DNA of 41,121 nucleotides from Candidatus Nanohaloarchaea archaeon (lineage in GTDB: Archaea; EX4484-52; DAOVKX01). The position numbers and the translations under genes are program-made. This document shows, in pieces, positions 35,598 through 41,121 of this stretch; the stretch's first letter is position 1, and every line of letters begins with the position of its first letter. Where the stretch lies: contig DAOVKX010000001.1 of assembly GCA_030631505.1 (NCBI GenBank), positions 1 through 41,121 of the forward strand, given 5' to 3'. The notes beneath the pieces were generated by a model. It was not told the origin of the DNA. It worked only from the letters and a program-made list of their open reading frames with translations, and ran no database searches.

Positions 35598-37889
35598 ATG
35601 CCCAATTCAAATGAAATTTTAAAGAAATACTGGTATCTTCTGGCAGTATTGGGAATTTTTATTATCGGTTTATGGATAAGGTTAATTCCCATGGTGCGGT
35701 TGGAGCAATGCCTTCCGGGTATGGTATGCCTTCAGGCGCTTGACCCGTTTTATATTTACAGGATGGCAGAACACGTTGTAACACACAATTTCCATTTGAT
35801 GTCTTTGGACGCATTAAGATATTATCCTATGGGTGTCGACCCTCATCTAGAATTCACTTTGCCGTATTATTCTCCTGCAATTCTTTATGCGCTTGTCTCT
35901 AACATAGGGGTGAATATGACATTTCTTGAATTTGCAAAGATTTATCCTGCATTATGCGGAGCATTTGCATCTATCCTTTTGTTTTTCATCGGAAAAGAAC
36001 TATTTGATATAAAGACCGGTTTATTTGCTGCATTTTTCTTCGCAGTCTCCCCTTCAGTTATATATCGGACCGCAGCCGGCTTTATAGAAAAAGAGCCAAT
36101 TGCCGTTGTCTTTATGTTTTCTGCGCTGTATTTTTTTATTCGCGCATTAAAGAGAAACTCTCTGATTTCGGGAACAATAGCAGGACTCTCCCTTGCAGGA
36201 ATGAGCGCGTCCTGGGGTGGCGTCCAGTTTGTTTTTGGACTGCTTGCTGCATTTGCAATAGTTCTTCTTGTTCTTAATAAGCAGCCAAAGTCGATGTTGA
36301 CTGCATATGCGCCGACAGTCTTAATCGGGATTTTTTTACCATATCTATCATCAATTCCTGCAGTGTATTTTAAATCATTTACCAGTATGCTGATATTGGG
36401 AACGCTTGGCATAGTGGCTGTCAGGGATTTGGTTGAAAGATACGCCTTGGTTAAAAAAGAAAATCTCAGATATGTCGTTCCTGTGTTGCTTGTTTGCGGC
36501 GGGCTGTTTGTTTTCATTGGCGGGCTGTTCTCGCAAACGCTTGCAGGTTATATGGTTACAGCACAAACCGTTGTGTCTCCGGCGCAAAAAGGCGTTATCG
36601 GCTCAACCGTTGCAGAGAACAATCCTGCAAGTTGGGGAGACTTCAAAGCAAACCTGGGGGCTAATTATGCCGCAACAATAATACCTTCGCTTGGTCCTGT
36701 CTTAAATCATTTCAGTTTATGGTGGTTTGTTATTTTGGCAGGTGTAGTTGTTTTAATAAAGCTCTCAGAAGAAAATAAAAAATATAAACAATATATTTAC
36801 TTCTCAATTCCGGTTCTCTTGATTCTTCTGAATTTTGAAACAGAGTTGTGCTTATATGCGTTTTTAATTCTTGTTTCTTTGCTGTCAAAAAGATGGGAAC
36901 TGCTCTTCGTGACAATATGGCTTGTTGAAGGTGTTCATGGTACGTTGGGAAAAGTGAGGATGATGTTCCTTTTTGGGCCTGCAGCAGCATTGTTTGGGGC
37001 TTACTTTATTTCAAACGCAATAACTTATATCTTTAATTTGGATATTTTTAAGAAGAAGGCAAAAGAGGAAACCAACATACTCCCGACAATTATTTACGTC
37101 TTGGTTGGTCTGGTCTTGGTTGTTAACCTTGCTGCCGGCTACTCGTTTTCCAAAAACCATGTTGGCCCGAGCCTGTCACCGAACTGGCAGCAGGCAATGG
37201 ATTTCTTAAAAACCAATACAACTGAAGATTCTATAATTTTCTCATGGTGGGATTATGGCTACTGGTTCCAGACCGCCGGCGAGAGAACAACAATCATAGA
37301 TGGAGGAAACCTTAATGCAACTGCAGACGTTTTGGCAGCAAGATTTTTCACAAGAAGAAACGAAACAGAGTGGGGAACGTATTTAAGGCAGCATGATGTT
37401 GATTACATCCTTGTTGATTACACCTTAATTGGAAAGTATTCTGCAATGTCAAAAATTGCAAACCACGGGGAAAAGATAAACAGTTTTATACCCCTGCCGC
37501 AACCCCAGCAGGTGCCCAGAGAAAATGGAACTTTGCTAACTTATTCTTTAGGGGGCGGCAACGCTTTCTGGGTTATGATAAACCCTGACGGCACCATAAC
37601 ACAACCACCTCTTCTTGTAACCAACCAGATGACCGCTTATGTGAAATATGTCTGCAATGAGAATGGGATAATGGATATGAATCCTCTGGAAGATGATAAG
37701 CCTATTTGGGAGGAAAGCTGCATAATGTTCTCACCGTTTGGGGTTTATTACCCGACGGAAAAGGAAATCGCAGTCTCAGCTTTCGCAGAATTGTATCTTT
37801 GGGACGGAAAAAATATAGATTTCGTTGAAAAAGTGTTTGATAACACAGAGATAAAGATATTTAAAACTGATTTTAGTAAACTTAAATGA
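35598..37889 (+). CDS. aglB: archaeal oligosaccharyltransferase AglB (STT3 family)
   Basis: A 763-aa protein with a ~13-TM N-terminal half with acidic loop residues, the diagnostic SWWDYGYW (WWDYG) motif at the start of the soluble C-terminal domain, and a DYILVD segment downstream. Confidence 0.93.
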   Translation: MPNSNEILKKYWYLLAVLGIFIIGLWIRLIPMVRLEQCLPGMVCLQALDPFYIYRMAEHVVTHNFHLMSLDALRYYPMGVDPHLEFTLPYYSPAILYALVSNIGVNMTFLEFAKIYPALCGAFASILLFFIGKELFDIKTGLFAAFFFAVSPSVIYRTAAGFIEKEPIAVVFMFSALYFFIRALKRNSLISGTIAGLSLAGMSASWGGVQFVFGLLAAFAIVLLVLNKQPKSMLTAYAPTVLIGIFLPYLSSIPAVYFKSFTSMLILGTLGIVAVRDLVERYALVKKENLRYVVPVLLVCGGLFVFIGGLFSQTLAGYMVTAQTVVSPAQKGVIGSTVAENNPASWGDFKANLGANYAATIIPSLGPVLNHFSLWWFVILAGVVVLIKLSEENKKYKQYIYFSIPVLLILLNFETELCLYAFLILVSLLSKRWELLFVTIWLVEGVHGTLGKVRMMFLFGPAAALFGAYFISNAITYIFNLDIFKKKAKEETNILPTIIYVLVGLVLVVNLAAGYSFSKNHVGPSLSPNWQQAMDFLKTNTTEDSIIFSWWDYGYWFQTAGERTTIIDGGNLNATADVLAARFFTRRNETEWGTYLRQHDVDYILVDYTLIGKYSAMSKIANHGEKINSFIPLPQPQQVPRENGTLLTYSLGGGNAFWVMINPDGTITQPPLLVTNQMTAYVKYVCNENGIMDMNPLEDDKPIWEESCIMFSPFGVYYPTEKEIAVSAFAELYLWDGKNIDFVEKVFDNTEIKIFKTDFSKLK

Positions 37890-37895
37890 GGGCTT

Positions 37896-38936
37896 ATGTA
37901 TATTTTGATTCTTGTATTTGTGGTTGCATTCTTTGCGACATTTGCAATAACGCCGCAGTTCAGGCAGTTCTTTGAAAGTATAGGTGTCGTTGGCGTTGAT
38001 GTTCAGAAAAAGGACAAACCAAAAATAGCTGAGATGGGCGGCCCGTGCGTAATTACTGGTTTTCTTTCCGGAGTATTCTTGTTTGTGGGATTATACTTTT
38101 TTTATCTCAAAACTACTGTTTCTGTAGCATTAATAGATATTTTTGCAGTGATATGCACAATTTTGATAATAACTTTGATTGGGATGTTTGATGACCTTGG
38201 CTGTTTACAGTACAGAAAACCAGAAGGTAAGGGATTCAAGAAATTCAAAAGAATCGGGTTAAAGCAGTGGCAGAAACCTTTATTGACTCTTCCTGCAGCA
38301 GTTCCATTGATGGCAATAATGGCTGGCGAATCTTATATAAATTTACCTCTTTTTGGTTTTATTGATGTGGGTATATTTTACCCATTGGTTTTGGTTCCTC
38401 TCGCTGTCATGGGAGCTTCAAGTGCAACCAATATGTTGGCAGGAAAAAACGGCATGGAAGCGGGATTGGGTGCTGTTGCGCTGATATCTCTTGGGATTTA
38501 CGCTTCTTTATGGAACGAAACAGGTGCTGCAGTTATTGCGTTCTCTCTGGCAGGCGCATTGCTGGCGTTTTTGCGTTATAACTGGTATCCTGCAGAAATT
38601 TTCCCGGGGGACAGTCTGACATATGCTATAGGTGCAGGCATTGCCTCTGTAGCTATTATTGGTAACATGGAAAAATTTGCGCTCTTCATTTTTATTCCTT
38701 GGTTTGTGGAATTCTTCATGAAACTACAGAGTGGGTTTAAGGCAGAAAGTTTCGGGCATTTACAGAAAGACGGCACACTTAAAGCTCCGGATAAAAAACT
38801 ACATTCCTTGAACCATCTTGTCATGAGATTTGGAAATTTCAGGGAAGAACAGATTACAACAATGCTAATTATCTTCGAAATTTTAATTTGCTTGGCAGCT
38901 TTTATTATTTATCTGCCGGGAATTTATGCTTTGTAA
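37896..38936 (+). CDS. GT4-family polyprenyl-phosphate HexNAc-1-phosphate transferase (AglH/ALG7/WecA-like)
   Basis: A multi-pass membrane protein with IGMFDDLG, NMLAGKNGMEAG and FPGDSLTYAIG, the conserved cytoplasmic-loop motifs of MraY/WecA/GPT enzymes. It starts 6 nt after aglB. Confidence 0.85.
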   Translation: MYILILVFVVAFFATFAITPQFRQFFESIGVVGVDVQKKDKPKIAEMGGPCVITGFLSGVFLFVGLYFFYLKTTVSVALIDIFAVICTILIITLIGMFDDLGCLQYRKPEGKGFKKFKRIGLKQWQKPLLTLPAAVPLMAIMAGESYINLPLFGFIDVGIFYPLVLVPLAVMGASSATNMLAGKNGMEAGLGAVALISLGIYASLWNETGAAVIAFSLAGALLAFLRYNWYPAEIFPGDSLTYAIGAGIASVAIIGNMEKFALFIFIPWFVEFFMKLQSGFKAESFGHLQKDGTLKAPDKKLHSLNHLVMRFGNFREEQITTMLIIFEILICLAAFIIYLPGIYAL

Positions 38937-40405
38937 AGTCTTTTTACGAAATTATAAACCGGCGTCTTGCTTATTTCCTTAATCAGGTAACTCCTAAGTA
39001 AATAAGGGCGTTTGATTACTTTTTTTAATCTGGCCTTCTTTATAAAAAAATTGTATTTTTTGAACAATACATCGATGTCTTCCGGACCAAAATCAGGAGT
39101 TCTTATCATGCATCCGCCGGTTCTTTGTGCAGTCAGCAGATTGCCTGAATCTGTTTCCTTTACAAGATAACCTTTTTCATTGACAATATCGTAGAGTCTT
39201 GTATGAACAAGGGGTGTTGCTATGTTGAAATGTGGATAAACACTGTATTTTTCATTCAGCATTTTTGCAAACCTGAAAGTATCTCTCATCTGCGAAATAG
39301 TCTCTCCTGGAAACCCCACTACAAAAAAAGCTTCCAGATCAAGACCAAGCTCATTGCACCATTTTGCAACATTCACAACTCTCTTTAAGTTCAGGCCTTT
39401 GCGTATAATTTCATTCACAACTTCCTGATTGCCGGATTCAACGCCTATAATCAGATACCGACATCCTGATTTCTTTGATTTCTTTAAAAGTTCTTTGTTA
39501 AATGTATCTGCACGTACCCCATTTGGCGTGTCCCATGTAACTTTTATTTTTTCGTTAAGCATGCCATCAAGAATTGCCTCAAACCTTTTTTTGTCAAGAG
39601 TGAAGTTGTCATCCTCAAAATGTATGAGTTCCACTTTGTATTCATCTATAAGATGCTTGATGTGCCGTAATACATAATCAACAGAATGAGCTCTCCACCT
39701 TTTTGACATATGCAGGTGTATTGAGCAGAAAATACAGTTGAAAGGGCACCCTCGGCTTGTAACCATTGAGACAACTCTCTTGCAGTGTTCTGACCGTGAA
39801 ACAAACAGCCCTTTGAAGTATTTTTCCATATCGACCAGATGATAGGCAGGAAACGGGAGTTCATCTACATTTTCTATAAAGGATTTAACAGGATTAACTT
39901 TGAGCTTCCCTTTTATCTTGTAGCCAATCCCATCAATATCTTTTAAATTTTTCTTGTTATCTAGACAGTTTACCAGTTCAGAAAATCTGTACTCTCCTTC
40001 AGCCATAACAACATAGTCAATGCTTTTTTCTTTGAGGAGGTCAAAGGGCTCAACAGAGGCGTGCGCCCCCCCGACAATAACAGGAATTTTTTTGTCAACA
40101 GCTTTTACTATTCTGGAAACTTTCTTTGCTGTAGGAGTATAGATTGTGTACTGGTTTGAAATGCCTACAACATCAGGTTTTACTTTTTCTATCATTTCTC
40201 TAATTGTTCTGCTTTTGTCTCCGAAATATACATATTCGCCAATTTTTTCAATGTTGTAGTTTATTTTCGTATCATAAACCTCAACCTCATGGCCGCGTTT
40301 CTCCAGAACTGCTGCTACATACAAAATCCCCACAGGCACGCCAAGAGTTGGCTTCCCGGAACCTTTGGTATGTATTGTCGGTGGATTTATAAGCAGTATT
40401 TTCAT
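38924..40405 (-). CDS. B12-binding-domain radical SAM protein (class B architecture)
   Basis: N-terminal Rossmann-like cobalamin-binding-type domain (KILLINPP ... GILYVAAVLEKRGHEVEVYD ... VVGIS ... VIVGGAHAS), followed by TSRGCPFNCIFCS (CxxxCxxC) and a TIM-barrel-type remainder (IGVESGN). Its 3' end overlaps the GT4 gene by 13 nt, convergently. Confidence 0.9.
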   Translation of the reverse strand: MKILLINPPTIHTKGSGKPTLGVPVGILYVAAVLEKRGHEVEVYDTKINYNIEKIGEYVYFGDKSRTIREMIEKVKPDVVGISNQYTIYTPTAKKVSRIVKAVDKKIPVIVGGAHASVEPFDLLKEKSIDYVVMAEGEYRFSELVNCLDNKKNLKDIDGIGYKIKGKLKVNPVKSFIENVDELPFPAYHLVDMEKYFKGLFVSRSEHCKRVVSMVTSRGCPFNCIFCSIHLHMSKRWRAHSVDYVLRHIKHLIDEYKVELIHFEDDNFTLDKKRFEAILDGMLNEKIKVTWDTPNGVRADTFNKELLKKSKKSGCRYLIIGVESGNQEVVNEIIRKGLNLKRVVNVAKWCNELGLDLEAFFVVGFPGETISQMRDTFRFAKMLNEKYSVYPHFNIATPLVHTRLYDIVNEKGYLVKETDSGNLLTAQRTGGCMIRTPDFGPEDIDVLFKKYNFFIKKARLKKVIKRPYLLRSYLIKEISKTPVYNFVKRLYKA

Positions 40406-40488
40406 ACTTATATTGCTTTAATTTAATTTTAAATTACTTTCCCTTGTAGGATTCATTACTTTAATATATCTAATATCCAAATAACTGT

Positions 40489-41121
40489 ATGGTTTCTGAA
40501 AAATCAGAAATAAAAGACAAACTAAAAATCTGGTTTACAAACAGGTATAATCAGGCAGCTATTCTGATATTCATTTTTGCATTGGCATTAAGATTAAAAT
40601 ACGTTTTTGTTTCCGGGATGTGGTGGGATGAATGCGTTTATGGCTATATAGGCATAGAATTATTAAAACACCCTTTATCATACAGCACACCATTGCATGG
40701 CGAGATAACTATATTTTCTCCGTTTTTCCCTTACCTACTCTCCTTGTTCCAGTTTGTGCTGGGCAAAGGGGAGGTTGCGGTGAGAGTAGTAAATCCTATC
40801 ATAAGCGCCCTCGGAACTCTTGTCATCTACATGCTGGGCTCTGCACTTTACAATAGGAAAATTGGTTTAATCTCTGCGGCATTGCTTTCGGTTTCTCCGC
40901 TCTTCTGGTTCCAGAACGAGAAAGCCCTGCTTGAGACTCCTTTGACTGTTTTCATGGCGTTCACCTTTTTACTGTTTTATTATGGGATTGAAAAGAACAA
41001 CAAATATGCGCTGTGGGCTTTTGGAGGTATGGCAGCAGTAACATACCTCACAAGAATTTCTGCAGGGTTTATGATTCCTATAATTCTTTTGTATCTGATT
41101 AAAAGAGACAGTAAACAGGTA
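40489..41121 (+). CDS. GT-C fold glycosyltransferase, ArnT/PMT_2-like (3' end beyond window)
   Basis: My own translation; the frame is open to the window end and is absent from the ORF track. It reads MVSEKSEIKDKLKIWFTNRYNQAAILIFIFALALRLKYVFVSGMWWDECVYGY ... RVVNPIISALGTLVIYMLG ... LLSVSPLFWF. It has a first-loop D-E acidic pair after TM1 and the helix pattern of dolichyl/undecaprenyl-phosphate-sugar-dependent GT39/GT83-type enzymes. Confidence 0.7.
   Translation, partial: MVSEKSEIKDKLKIWFTNRYNQAAILIFIFALALRLKYVFVSGMWWDECVYGYIGIELLKHPLSYSTPLHGEITIFSPFFPYLLSLFQFVLGKGEVAVRVVNPIISALGTLVIYMLGSALYNRKIGLISAALLSVSPLFWFQNEKALLETPLTVFMAFTFLLFYYGIEKNNKYALWAFGGMAAVTYLTRISAGFMIPIILLYLIKRDSKQV

Noticed and set aside
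39208-39217. CAAGGGGTGT inside the radical SAM gene, identical to the G-string end of ORB2.
   Set aside because: It is only a 10-mer with no TCCA/GAAA blocks upstream and lies in coding sequence. It is consistent with chance.
1-41121. CRISPR arrays, IS elements, integrases, prophage genes and known defence-system gene sets.
   Set aside because: I saw no regularly spaced direct repeats, no transposase, integrase or Cas-like motifs, and no recognisable defence operon in any frame. The only repeated motif family is the ORB set reported above.

Overview
This is an archaeal chromosomal segment. It encodes RadA, archaeal DnaG, Hjc, Orc1/Cdc6, both PolD subunits, NAC, SecF/SecD and AglB, so it comes from a PolD-bearing lineage (euryarchaeal or DPANN-like). 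I cannot place it more precisely from sequence alone. Genes are compact, often abutting or overlapping, and several have almost no 5' leader.

- **1-13.4 kb, mostly minus strand:** housekeeping genes. These include radA (5'-truncated by the window edge), a four-gene array of poorly characterised proteins, thpR, three aminopeptidases, dnaG, hjc and an SDR.
- **13.4-21.7 kb, replication island:** a predicted oriC with origin-recognition-box (ORB) repeats around an AT-rich tract, then cdc6, PolD small subunit, a ~1.4 kb insert of small orphan ORFs, and PolD large subunit. A second cluster of the same ORB motif lies just past the end of polC.
- **21.7-41.1 kb, envelope and secretion:** TctA-like transporter, NAC, a secF-secD operon, GH15 hydrolase and mdh. 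A protein-glycosylation locus follows: a three-gene UDP-xylose route, a GGR-family reductase, AglB, a GT4 phosphosugar transferase, a B12-binding radical SAM enzyme and a GT-C glycosyltransferase. An AT-rich insert carrying a cyclase-family gene and a transporter gene with one in-frame TAG interrupts this locus.

I found no rRNA, tRNA, CRISPR array, transposase or integrase. The most unusual signals are:
- the two ORB clusters bracketing the cdc6-PolD block;
- the Cys-rich mini-ORFs on either side of polC;
- the class-B radical SAM gene inside the glycosylation locus.

None of these amounts to a demonstrable new multi-gene system from sequence alone. All functional calls come from reading motifs in the translations; no database search was run.
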